Source of the DNA: Balamuthia mandrillaris
Lineage: Eukaryota
Assembly: GCA_031835245.2 (NCBI GenBank)
Contig: JAVKOQ020000003.1
Span: 434,001 to 498,000, forward strand
Direction of reading: 5' to 3'
Length of the DNA: 64,000 bases
The notes under the pieces were generated by a model, which ran no database searches, was not told the origin of the DNA, and was given only the letters and a program-made list of their open reading frames with translations. Below, in pieces: positions 53,555 through 64,000 of the stretch. The position numbers and the translations under genes are program-made. Within the stretch, counting starts at the first letter, position 1, and every line of letters begins with the position of its first letter.

Positions 53555-53854
53555 TTACTTGTTGTGCTGGACCTTGCGATCACCCACCACCTTGTCGGCC
53601 TTGCCCTCCGCCTTGAGCTGCTTGTCGCCTGTGAGCGAGCCCGCGGCCTCCTTGATGTGCCCGCCGAGCTTCTGGCCGGCCCCCTTGGTGGCCTCCTTGG
53701 CCTGGGCGGCCTTGAGCTCGTTGTTGCCGAGCTCCTTCTGGGCGGTGCCCTTGGCCTCCATCTCCTTGGCGCCAAAGAGCTTGCCGGTGTTCTCCTTGAG
53801 GCCGCCGATCATCTGGTCCTTGCGAGCGGTCGTCTTGTTGGCTTCGAAACTCAT
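53555..53854 (-). CDS. CsbD-like stress protein with two repeats, intronless
   Basis: DQMIGGLKENTGKLFG..EMEAKG and GHIKEAAGSLTGDKQLKAEGKAD; upstream TATAAAAAG at 53941-53949. Confidence 0.85.
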   Translation of the reverse strand: MSFEANKTTARKDQMIGGLKENTGKLFGAKEMEAKGTAQKELGNNELKAAQAKEATKGAGQKLGGHIKEAAGSLTGDKQLKAEGKADKVVGDRKVQHNK

Positions 53855-54360
53855 TGTGTGTTGGTAATGCTGTATGTAACGCTTGTTGTTTGATGTTTGT
53901 TTGTTAGTTTGTTTGAGAAATGTTTGATGGTGGAGCAGGCCTTTTTATAGTGTGAAGAGAGAGAGAGCTTTCCAACCAAAAAAAAAAAAATGAATGGAAA
54001 ACTGGCGGCAAAGTGGAAGATTGCCGGTGAGCAAAGCGTGGCAGAATGGCGGAAAACAAGTTAAGGGCGCCACTGCGAAATTTCTTGTGTTCACAACAGC
54101 GAAAATTCGTTGACTCAGCAAACAACTCCGTTTTATTTGTCGACGCAGAAGGATTAAGAATGGCCATTCCTCGACCATCCGGATGGCTGAATGCCTGCTT
54201 CACGTCTCTCAACTTGGCGATCCGGTTGGTATCTATTCCTGTTTGGCTTCATGACCGCATCGCCTGAGTCCGGATGTTTTCTTCGATGTTGCAGCAGGGT
54301 CCGATTAATACATTAACGGTAATATACAGAATTAAACAAAAAGAAAGAAGAGAAGTGTTG

Positions 54361-55611
54361 ATGGAGCAGAAGGAGAATGTCGCGCAAGAGGTGATGAGAG
54401 AGCGCGTTTGGGCATTGCTCTCCCACAAAGATTTCGGCCCGTGTCATCCGTTGCTTCATCAAACCTACAATGTGCTGAGAGGAAAGCACCGATCCATTTT
54501 TCAATGCTCCTGTGGGGTTCTTCTCCCTCCGAAGTTGAAGTTCCAGCTGGGAGACGTAGATGAGCGCGAAGACGAAGAGGGAGAAGACGGGGAAGAATAT
54601 CAAGGGGAGAACGATGTGAACGAGAAAGAAAAGAAAAGAGCGCGGGTCTCGGCTAACAACGAGGAAGGAACGGAAGAGAACGAAAAAACAGAGCGGTGTT
54701 TTGAGAGCAGGACACTTCGGAGTCTTTGTTTGGTTGTGGTGGTTAGTTACATTGACCATTGGATCCAAACGAACCTACTTCTAGCTATGGATAGAGCAGA
54801 CGAGGATGATGGTAATCATGATGTTGATGAAATAGAACAAGATAAGATTCGCAACAAAGTTGCAAGCTTCCAACGAGGCGTGCAAAGGCTGAATAACCAA
54901 GTGAATGCCTTTCTTCTGCAATGCTTTCAGCAACAGCCGGACTTGCAACGCAATCCAACCTCTTCGTTTGCTCCAACCTGGCTTTACCTTCTGCCGACAG
55001 AGTTGCTGCAAGACATGATTACCTTGCCTCCCTCTTCTTCCAACCAAAGCAATCATGCACAACACCCCCCACAACCATTCGGTAGCTGGAAAGCGCTCTA
55101 TCATGACCGGGCGTTGGCAAAGCTGCTGGAAGGCGTCTCCCAAGGCGTTACGTTTGGATACAGCGGGACTGAATCTTATCGCTCTTGGATGGCAAACCCT
55201 TGCACTCCTTTGTCGTCTTCTTCACCATCTTGTTGTTGGAAGCTAGTTGAAGTAAAAGAAGAAGCAAAAGCCCAAGCAGAACAACAGTATATTGCTGGAC
55301 CTGGGATGATGCAAGCTCTTTGCTTTTCGTCCAAAGCAGTACACTCACCAAGTTGGCAGAAACTGTTACAAGCAGGCTACAACTGCTACGACTCAGACAG
55401 TTGTGGGGCATTTTCTTGCAAGCCAACCGTTGATGGGATCTGTTGCGGCCCAGAGCAAGCAGAAAGAGCTGGTCTCTTGCTGCGAACAATGGAAGAGAAT
55501 TTGTTGTTTGTCACCTTTGTGGAGGTCGAGTGGAAAGCAGAGTGGGACCTCTTCTTGGTTGGCGTGTCTCCGCTCTCTGGTCGTATCGTGGGGCTTCGGA
55601 CTCGCGTGTGA
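54361..55611 (+). CDS. Intronless protein with BC-box-like motifs and a putative C-terminal NuiA-like domain
   Basis: Uninterrupted ORF (alternative ATG at 54274); TLRSLCLVVV, LLPTELLQDMI, SWKALY and C-terminal DLFLVGVSPLSGRIVGLRTRV. Domain calls are by eye. Confidence 0.7.
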   Translation: MEQKENVAQEVMRERVWALLSHKDFGPCHPLLHQTYNVLRGKHRSIFQCSCGVLLPPKLKFQLGDVDEREDEEGEDGEEYQGENDVNEKEKKRARVSANNEEGTEENEKTERCFESRTLRSLCLVVVVSYIDHWIQTNLLLAMDRADEDDGNHDVDEIEQDKIRNKVASFQRGVQRLNNQVNAFLLQCFQQQPDLQRNPTSSFAPTWLYLLPTELLQDMITLPPSSSNQSNHAQHPPQPFGSWKALYHDRALAKLLEGVSQGVTFGYSGTESYRSWMANPCTPLSSSSPSCCWKLVEVKEEAKAQAEQQYIAGPGMMQALCFSSKAVHSPSWQKLLQAGYNCYDSDSCGAFSCKPTVDGICCGPEQAERAGLLLRTMEENLLFVTFVEVEWKAEWDLFLVGVSPLSGRIVGLRTRV

Positions 55612-55792
55612 CTGAAGGTGTGTAAAACATTATTTCTGCGCATATTGTTTTTTAAAAAAAAAAGTCGAACAACATTGTTGACAAGTGAACACGTTGGCCA
55701 GTTGCTGTGACTCGGATGATTTATTCAGAAGAAGACGACTACGAGACTGGTGGTGGCCAGTTGCTTCCTTGGGGGGTTATAATGAAGATTCA

Positions 55793-55863
55793 TTTCCCGC
55801 CAAAAGTGTAACGGTTACACTAACCGTTACAACGACCGTTACAAAATTAACACCGAATTTGAA
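55793..55863 (+). promoter_or_regulatory. Putative G2/M promoter module: E2F site, three Myb/MSA-like sites and a CHR
   Basis: TTTCCCGC at 55793-55800; TAACGG at 55809; CCGTTA at 55824 and 55836; TTTGAA at 55858-55863. All lie within 160 nt of the Cdc20 ATG. Confidence 0.6.
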
Positions 55864-55950
55864 TTTTTCGATTTTGTGTGAAAGGAAGACGAAACAAGAA
55901 CTAACTTGAGTGTTATTGTCATCATCATCCATCACCCTTTCCCCATCTCA

Positions 55951-57821
55951 ATGAGTTTGCTCTATGCTTCACCCGTCCGTAGCCGACGGAATCAGAATGC
56001 CATCAAATCCAAGTCTCCGAGCTGCCGAAGAGCGCCGCTAACGCCGCCTCAGCCGGCTTCTCCATATCCTTTTTCTTCCTCCTCCTCCTCCTCTCCTTCT
56101 TTTTCTCGTTCTGGTGCTTCCCCTCTCTCACCCTCTTCCTCTTCCTCCTCTCAAAAAAACAGTGCACACAGTCCCACCTGCGACCGGTTCATCGCCAACC
56201 GGAGCCAACTGGACCTCGACCTCTGCCACTTCAAAATGATGCAAGCCAGAAAGGAGGCGGAGCGTTCTTCGAACTCTTCCTCCTCCTCCTCTTCCTCTTC
56301 CTCCGACGACAACAACAACAATAATAACAATAACAACACGCCCGCAAGAGTGGAGTACAAAAGCGTTCTGGAGGAGAGTCTGTTCCCACAAAGCAACGCT
56401 ACTTCCGGAAGGATCTTGTCCTTCAAGGAGAAGCCTCGGCCTCCCTCCCTCCAAGGAGAACAACAGCACAACCCTCTTCGTGTGCTTTACTCCCAAGGCA
56501 ACGGCCACGGCCTCTTTGCCGGAACTCCACCTCGGTATGCGGCTCCTTTCTCTCTCGCTCCTCTCCCATGCTGTCCCTTTTTGGCTGCTGAACTTGTTTT
56601 GCTATTCATAGAACAAGGAGACAAGAGAACATGAGAAAGATAGACACGACCGCGCAGCGCGTTCTTGACGCACCGGACCTGCTGGACGACTACTACCTCA
56701 ACCTCCTGGACTGGAGCCCCCAGAACATTCTGGCCGTGGCCCTGGACCGCACCGTCTTCCTCTGGAACGCCGGCACCGGCGCCATCACCCAGCTGACCAC
56801 CGTCGACCCCTCCATCAACGGCAACGTCGTGACCTCGCTCCGTTTCGGCGGTGGCGGCTGCGGCAGCCTCTCCGAGGATGGCTCTGGCTCCTCCTCTGCC
56901 TCCTCGGACTCTAGCTCGCGCTACCTCGCGGTAGGGACCAGCACGGCCGAGGTGCAGATCTGGGATATCAACGAGGGCAAAAAGGTTCGCACGCTGCGCG
57001 GCCACCTCGCCCGTGTGGGCGCGCTGGCCTGGAACGGTCATTTCCTCACCTCTGGCGGGCGGGACAGCCTCATCCTCAATCATGACGTCCGGGCCGCTCG
57101 TCACGTCACCGCCGTGCTGGAGAAACACACGCAGGAGGTTTGCGGCCTGAGTTGGTCGGCGGATGGCGCGCGTCTGGCCTCTGGCGGGAATGACAACTTG
57201 CTGAACGTGTGGGACCTTTCGGACATGTCCACACGAGCGGCGCCTAGGTTTACGTTGGACCATCACAAGGCGGCGGTCAAGGCGTTGGCTTGGGCACCCT
57301 TCCAGTCCAACCTGTTGGCCTCGGGCGGAGGAACGGCCGATCGATGCATTCGCTTCTGGAACACCAATACAGGAGCTTGTTTGAATACAATCGACACGCA
57401 CTCGCAGGTTTGTGCGTTGCAGTGGTCCAGGAACTCGAAGGAGCTGGTCTCGTCGCATGGCTTCTCTCAGTTTCAACTTTCTGTTTGGAGTTATCCATCG
57501 GTTAGCCTATTTTGTTTCTCCTCTTTTTCTTTTTGATCTCCTCTCATTTCTCTCTTTCTCTTTTGTTGCGAACCTTTTTGTTGACTTGTTGAACAGATGA
57601 CAAAGATGGCAGAGTTGGTTGGCCACACTTCGCGTGTGTTGCACATGGCATTGAGCCCAGATGGAACGACGGTGGTTTCTGCCGGAGACGAGACTTTGCG
57701 CTTTTGGAAGATCTTTGAGGAGAGACATTCTCGACGGAATCATCCTCATTCCGTTGGAGGATGGTCTTCTAAACTTCGCTCCAAGGAACAAGGCTCCATT
57801 CGTAGTAACAACATTCGGTGA
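55951..57821 (+). CDS. CDC20: APC/C activator Cdc20/Fizzy (WD40)
   Basis: C-box [57 protein letters not shown] and a terminal IR tail. Confidence 0.96.
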
Positions 57822-58175
57822 AGAAGACAAGTTCTGGTGTGTGAATTAAAAGCGGAGTGTTTTGTATATACAACAAGGAAGAATAGTTCTCTCCGTTGAA
57901 GCTGCCTGCTTTGAGATCGAAACGAAAAAAGATAAGTATTCTCGCCTCTCTTTGTTTGTGTGAAAAAAATGGCAGAAAAGAAAACTTACTTTTGTTTCTT
58001 TCTCTCTCTCTCTGTTTTCTTTCCAGCTTTCTGGCTGCTTGCATGGAGAGAAGAGCATCGTGTGAACCTGTACCTAGCTTTAGAGAAAGCAAAAGTTGAC
58101 TAGTAGAAAAACACAAAGCAGAGCAGAGAAAGGAATGCATGTTGAGAGGAGAACGGAATGAAAGCTTGTTGGTTT

Positions 58176-58493
58176 TTAAACTTTTCGAATGAGAAGATAA
58201 ATGCGAGCGTCTAATTCAACGCCTTGTAAGTTTCTGGGATCCCCATTCAACATCATCAACAGACCTCCATATGACACATAAACCGAACTATAAGGCATCA
58301 AGAGAAGTGAGATTACTCAGATGCAAGAGGAGGGAACCAAAGAACAAGAGGAGCAGACAAACAAACAGGAAAGCAAAGAGGAACGGAACGATAGAACGAG
58401 ATAGGAGAGAGTGAGGACAAGTTAATAAGGGGGAGAGAGAGAAGCGAGAGCACAGAAGCCGAGAAAGAGAAGAGAGACGCGGAACGAGTGTAA

Positions 58494-58539
<46 letters not shown>

Positions 58540-58967
58540 GAGGAAAGGTATACGAACACTTTGGTGGCAGGGTTCTTGTCCTCGACGTACTTAAAGACCT
58601 TGCCATACATGACATACTCATATTTGTCCGCCAAAGAGGGCCGGTTGCTCTGATAGATGACCTCCTCGTCCTGCTCCCCGTCGGCGCTGAGCGTGCTGGC
58701 CAAAGCCATGGTGAACTTCTCCCCTATTTCCACCGGGTAGATGTCAGAGTTCACGTCCAAGACGAGCTGCATCTCGTAGTTTTCGCTCTGTGCTTCGATT
58801 CGGGAGACTTCACGGAGGAAAAATCATCGTCATTGTCAGTGAAAAAAAACAAGAGGGGAGAGGAATCATGGGTTCGGGGAACGAAAGGTTTGCTTGCCTT
58901 TGTCGAACTTTTTCCCTTCCGGATCCATGTTCTTGATCTCAAAGATATCCTCAAACAATACCGACAT
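58176..58967 (-). CDS. RPB8: RNA polymerase I/II/III shared subunit RPABC3
   Basis: MSVLFEDIF...KKFDK|VSRIEA...LDVNSDIYP...[22 protein letters not shown]; 3 exons. Confidence 0.96.
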
Positions 58968-59248
58968 TGTTATTTTTGTTTTTATGTGTGTGCGCTGTGT
59001 GCTGTGTTCCTCCCTTTCGTTTCGCTCGTTTTCTTTTTCTTCTCTTCTTCTTTCTTCGTACGAACCCGCATTTTCGTGTCGTCCTGTGAACCACATTCAC
59101 GCCGTCATGAGTATCTCACTACATGACGACACGGAAAGTTATCAAAAAAAAATATTCGTGACGACCCTAGCTATTGCACCCACAATGAAAAAGAGGGAAC
59201 GGAGAAGCACCGCTTCAAATGGGGGAAGGAGGAGAGGGACGAGCCTCA

Positions 59249-59628
59249 AGGGGAAAAAGAGAAAACAAGGGTTTGAAGTTTGAAGGTTGCAAAAATGTTT
59301 CGCATGCTACTTCGTTTATCAACATCCAGGACTTTAATGCAACGACGTAGCGGAGTACCGAATGTATTCCTTTGAACTGTTCAAAGCTTCAACGACAAAA
59401 ACAAGTACCTTCTTCGGGAACTTTTGGACGTCGGCTGCTGGGGTCGGTATAGACCTCGGCGGCCAACGACCGCTAAGGAGAGTTGCTAAACTCCATAACA
59501 CAAGTTTCTATCCCCGCCCTTTGTCTCGTGCCCTCGATGGCGTGAGGCAAGGCGGGGATCCCCCTAGAATTTACCAATTCTAACCCCGCATGGTACGCCG
59601 TCAACCTCTTCGACCTTTCCCCTATTTC
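59249..59628 (+). ncRNA. Putative ~375-nt highly structured non-coding RNA, family unidentified
   Basis: Terminal stem AGGGGAAA/TTTCCCCT, at least six internal hairpins with G-U pairs, a C(UUCG)G loop, upstream ACCCACAA and a downstream T12 run. Confidence 0.6.
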
Positions 59629-59902
59629 TTTTTTTTTTTTCGGTTTGGCACATATACTCCAAGCCGCTACCATAGCAAACCTTCTCGTATAGACAGGTAG
59701 GACAAGACACTGCTCTGCACGTTCTTGCTTGCTGCTTTCTTCTTTCTTCTTATGGTACTTGGTGTCGACAACAAAATCACAATTCTCATGTCGTCGTATC
59801 TGTCGACAACACAACGAATTTTTTCATGTCGTCATCATGTCGACGATAAAGAAACGATAAAAGAGAAAGAAGGAAACGAAAGAGAGAAAAGGAGGAAGAG
59901 GA

Positions 59903-60740
59903 ATGGCCAGCGCCGCCGGGGGTGGCGTTACTTTATGTTGTCGCGGAGGCGGCCGCGGTGGTGGTGGTGGCAGTGTCTTCTTCTTTGTTTCCAACCGTCT
60001 ACGCGTCACTTGCCGTCGTAGCCAAAGTCATCTCTTTCCACCTCCTCTTTATCTACGATCGTTCTCAACTTCTCCCTCTTCTTTTTCTTCTTCTTCGTCT
60101 TCTTCGGAGGACGTCGCCAGAGTGGGTCTAGGCTTCGGTCTGGTGCTGGACGCTCTCTCCCAACAACGCACCCTGCTGCACCGCAGCTCCTCTTCCTCCT
60201 CTTTTCTTTTCAGCTCCCCTCCTCTACTTGCCTCTTCCTCTCCTCCTCCTCCGCTCCTCACCGTCGACCCGTTGAGCCAACGATCGGATCCTCTTCCTCA
60301 TGAAGCACAAGAAGAAGAAGAAGAAGAAGCGAGCGTGAAGCCCGCTGAAAAGGTTTCCGGTGAAGCGATTGATCCACACAAAGACTCACCAGCGGGTTCT
60401 TCTTCTTGTTCTTCTTCTTCTTGTTCTTCTTCTTCTTCTTCTTCTTCTTCTTCGATGACAACAAAGAGAGAGACAGAAAGGAGGAAAGAGGAGGAGGAAG
60501 AGGAGACAAAACAGCAACAACGAGTCGCGAGGAGGAACCCAAAAGAAGCGGAGGAGAAACGAAGAGCGTATCTGCGCGAGCAACAGGTTTGTTTTTTTTA
60601 AAAACTTCTTCTTTCCTCTTTTTTTTTGTGAAGAGACGAACCATTTGTCTCATCAAAAAATAGCAACGAATGGAGCAACATTCGAAGCAACGCGCTGTGC
60701 CTTCTTCGCCGTTATCTCGTCTTTGGCACTTCGGAGGTTA

Positions 60741-60781
<41 letters not shown>

Positions 60782-60792
60782 CCTCTTCTCTG

Positions 60793-60825
<33 letters not shown>

Positions 60826-62752
60826 TTAAATCATTTGCTTGTGTGCACGTTATAGGATTAGCAGCAGGAATGGGAATAGGCGCGGTGGGAGAGCTGCTCA
60901 AAAGGAGCGTTGGCGCTGGGACTGAAGTGGAAGGCCTCTCTGGTCGTGCCCCTGCCATGGTCAATGAGGCCAATGCACGTCGCCTCACCAAAACTTTGGG
61001 AAGGATGAGAGGTGCTGCCCTCAAATTGGGACAAATGCTGTCCATACAAGGTTCTCCTTCTCATTCTCCTTCTTCGTTCTTCGTTCTTCGTTCTTCGTTC
61101 TTCGTTCTTCGTTCTTCGTTCTTCGTTCTTCGTTCTTCGTTCTTCGTTCTTCTTCTGCTTCTGCTTCTGCTGCTTCTGCTGCTTCTTCTTCTCCCTATGA
61201 TTCTCCCTCTTCTGCTTGCTTCTTGTAGTTCTTGCTTTTCTGATGCCCAAGCAAATGTTTCTTAGACAATGCTTTGATTCCTCCTCAATTCACTGAGATA
61301 TTAGATTCTCTTCGCTACAGCGCCGATCGTATGACCGACAGCCAACTTTATGTAACTCTTTCTTCGCTCCCTATCTCTCTTTCTTCTTTTCTCTATAAAA
61401 TCCTCTTCGTTAACGTTTCTTGCTCTTGTATAGCAAATGATGGAGGAAGAGTTAGGCCCAGAATGGCGCAACCACTTTATCGAATTCGACCCCATTCCCA
61501 TCGCCGCTGCCTCCATCGGCCAAGTCCATCGTGCTGTCATCCCTTCTTCGTCCTTCTCTAAAGACAACAGCAACCACTATAACGCTAAGGATAGCGATGT
61601 AATGGAAGTTGCAGTCAAAGTACAATATCCAGGAGTAGCGGAGAGTATCGTTAGCGACTTGGCAAACCTGAATCGGCTGTTGGGCTGGTGGTGGGGAGCT
61701 GCGCTCCCCAAAGGAATGTACTTTGAGAATACAGTCAGAGTGGCGCAGGAAGAGTTGTTGGCAGAATGCGACTATGAAAGAGAAGCGCACTGTCAAATGG
61801 TATTCTTCATTTCTTTTTACATTGAAATGTTTCTGTTGTTTTCTTTTCTTCTTGCTTTCGCTCCATTTCTTCGTTGCTAACTTAAGTTCAAAATGACAGA
61901 GAATGAGGCAACTGTTGGAAGGAGATGAGGCTTATGTGGTTCCAAGAGTAATAGCTCCTCTCAGCACAAAACGTATTCTGACGACGGAACTCGTGTCCGG
62001 CGTTCCCGTTGAGAAGCTTAAAGATGCCGACCAACAAACTCGAAATCATGTAATTTTGCTTTCTTCTACCTTCTCTTTGCTTTTTGATACTTACTGTTCT
62101 TTTCTGCGCTCTCTCAAGGTGGCGTATCACATGCTGCGATTGAGCTTAAGAGAGTTGTTCGAGTTTTGTTTCATGCAAACCGATCCCAACTGGTCCAACT
62201 TTTTGTGGGATGAAACAACCAACAAAGTACTCCCTTTCTTCTCTCTTTTCTCTCTATCTCCTCTCTTTTCTATCGCACTCTAACTTTCTAACAAACGAAA
62301 ACAAGTTATGCCTTTTGGACTTTGGTGCAACCCGCGAATACTCCAAAACGTTCATCCACAACTACTTACGCGTGGTGCGCAGCGCCGCTCAACAAGACAA
62401 GAACGGCATTCTCTCCGCTTCCACCGACCTAAAGTTTTTGACGGGAGAGGAGACGGCTCTCATGAACGAGGCCCACTGCTCCGCCGTCATGATCCTCGGC
62501 GAGCCCTTTGCCGAGCGCGGCGTGTTTGACTTTGGCAAACAGAATGTGACGAAGCGGATTCATCAGCTGATCCCGACGATGCTGCAGCATCGGTTGACGC
62601 CGCCGCCGACGGAGACCTACTCGCTGCATCGAAAGCTGTCGGGAGCGTTCTTGTTGTGCGCCAAGCTGGAGGCCAAGATCGAGTGCAAAGCCATGTTCGA
62701 CGCCATTTGCGCGCGCGCAGAAGTTGCGTTAGCGGAGGAGAAGCAGAAGTAA
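59903..62752 (+). CDS. COQ8: COQ8/ADCK3-4 (ABC1) atypical kinase, mitochondrial
   Basis: [52 protein letters not shown] and YSLHRKLSG. Confidence 0.96.
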
Positions 62753-62880
62753 AAAAGAACTTGAAAACTTTTTTCAGTTCATTTTTTTTTTCGAGATTTT
62801 TATGAGAAAAAAGTTGGAAAGAAAAAGCGATTATAGCTTTGTTGTAGTTTTATTAATCGTCAAACACGGAAAGGAAAGAG

Positions 62881-63760
62881 ATGCAGCAAATGGATAGAAG
62901 CAGAGCACAGCCGCTACCAAGCCCCTTTGATGCAACATGCTTCATAGGCAAAGGAGCGCTGAGCGAGGCGGAGTGTCTGGGGCTTATCGCTCGCATCGAG
63001 CAGCCGCTAAAAATCGACACGACCGCTTCCTCCGATGCGGATAACGTTCTTCGCGTTGTCGAACGAACCAGCTTGCAGGTTTGTCCGTGTTCTTCTTCCC
63101 TTCTCTTTCTGGTCTTCAAGAACACGAACAAATAAAAAAAAATTTTAAAAAAAGGATGAAGAACTGGCCAGCTTCTTGTTCGACCGCGTCTCTCCCTTTT
63201 GTCCTTCCGCATGGACGGTTTCCTCCGAGGACGAGCACTTGGGTCCGTTCTCCAAAGGAAGCTGGCGGATCGACAGCGTCGACGCCCGCATCCAACTCTA
63301 CCGCTATCATGCCCCTGAAGGTCTCTTCGGGCGCCACAGGGACAAACCGACCTTGCATTCCCTCCACAAGCGTTCTCTCTTCACGGTGCTCGTCTACTTG
63401 AACAACGACTACAAAGAAGGGCAAACGGTCGTCTATTCGGAAGGAGAAGACGAGGAAGAGAAATACTGTAAAGTGCCGAATGACGGCGTTGGCGATTGCT
63501 TTGTGATGTTGCAAAGAATGTTGCACGAAGGGAGTCGAGTGGAGGAAGGCACCAAGTATGCTTTGCGGTGTGATGTCTTGTACAGGAGAGAAGATGAAAA
63601 AGGAGTGGAAGACGTGGGGGAGGGGGAAGAGGATGAAAAGGAGAGAGCGAAAAAGTGGTTCCGATTGGCGAGTTGTTTAGAGTTGTCGGGAAAAATTGAG
63701 GAGAGCGTTGGGTATTATAGGAAAGCTTACAAACTTGACCCTGATCTTGTTGCTGAGTGA
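62881..63760 (+). CDS. 2OG-Fe(II) oxygenase (P4H-like) with a C-terminal TPR-like helix pair
   Basis: HxD (FGRHRD), LVYLN, distal His (MLHEG) and KYALRCDVLY; one intron at about 63079-63155. Confidence 0.85.
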
Positions 63761-64000
63761 AAATAAAAAGAAGAAAGAGAAACGAAGGAAAGAACGGAAG
63801 AAAGGAAGGTCTTTACTTACACAAAACAAAAATGTATCTTTCTGTTCCAAAATGATGTTAATGCTGTTGAGTTCCGCGAGTTGAGTTTGTTAGCGTCTTT
63901 TTCTTTCTCCAAGACGAAAACGAAGAAGGAGAAAGTGGTTGTCGATGCCGGCGTTGTTGTTGTTCTTTTTCTGCCTCTTGCTGTTGTCGCTGATTGCCTT

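Noticed and set aside
56487..57476. 329-aa ORF antisense to Cdc20
   Set aside because: Shadow of a GC-rich exon with no domain features.
59470..59495. CTAAGGAG...AAACTCC resembling part of the SRP RNA S domain
   Set aside because: The helix-8 GNRA loop and AGCAG motif are absent, so SRP is not called.
59580..59587. CTAACCC as a telomerase template
   Set aside because: Only one repeat plus 1 nt, partly inside a hairpin and near the 3' end; kept only as a weak hypothesis.

Overview
A gene-dense eukaryotic window with many short GT-AG introns filled with (CT)n/(CTT)n tracts. The gene set and style suggest a free-living amoebozoan, Balamuthia-like (inference, not shown directly). About 22 apparently intact protein genes can be assembled by hand-splicing: two ankyrin proteins, a WASP-type WCA protein, a half-fimbrin, a P4-like P-type ATPase, a cathepsin B-like protease, a secreted repeat protein, an MIT protein, an MscS channel, FAM136A-like, an EF-hand coiled-coil protein, a serpin, a DRP5/Dlp dynamin, DeSI-PUL, zeta-crystallin, CsbD, Cdc20, RPB8, COQ8, a 2OG-Fe(II) oxygenase and others. 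There is also a damaged cathepsin duplicate, six intronless ankyrin loci with 27-aa GCPW repeats (2 intact, 4 decayed) and a rearranged copia remnant. The least explained signals are: (1) a ~375-nt highly base-paired putative ncRNA between RPB8 and COQ8, with a WCCCAYAA upstream element and a T-run, plus a second smaller candidate at the same spacing; (2) an intronless gene joining BC-box-like motifs to a NuiA-like domain; (3) a CH-CH/coiled-coil/pseudo-receiver fusion; (4) an E2F + 3xMyb + CHR cluster upstream of Cdc20. All splice sites and domain calls were made by eye, with no searches run.
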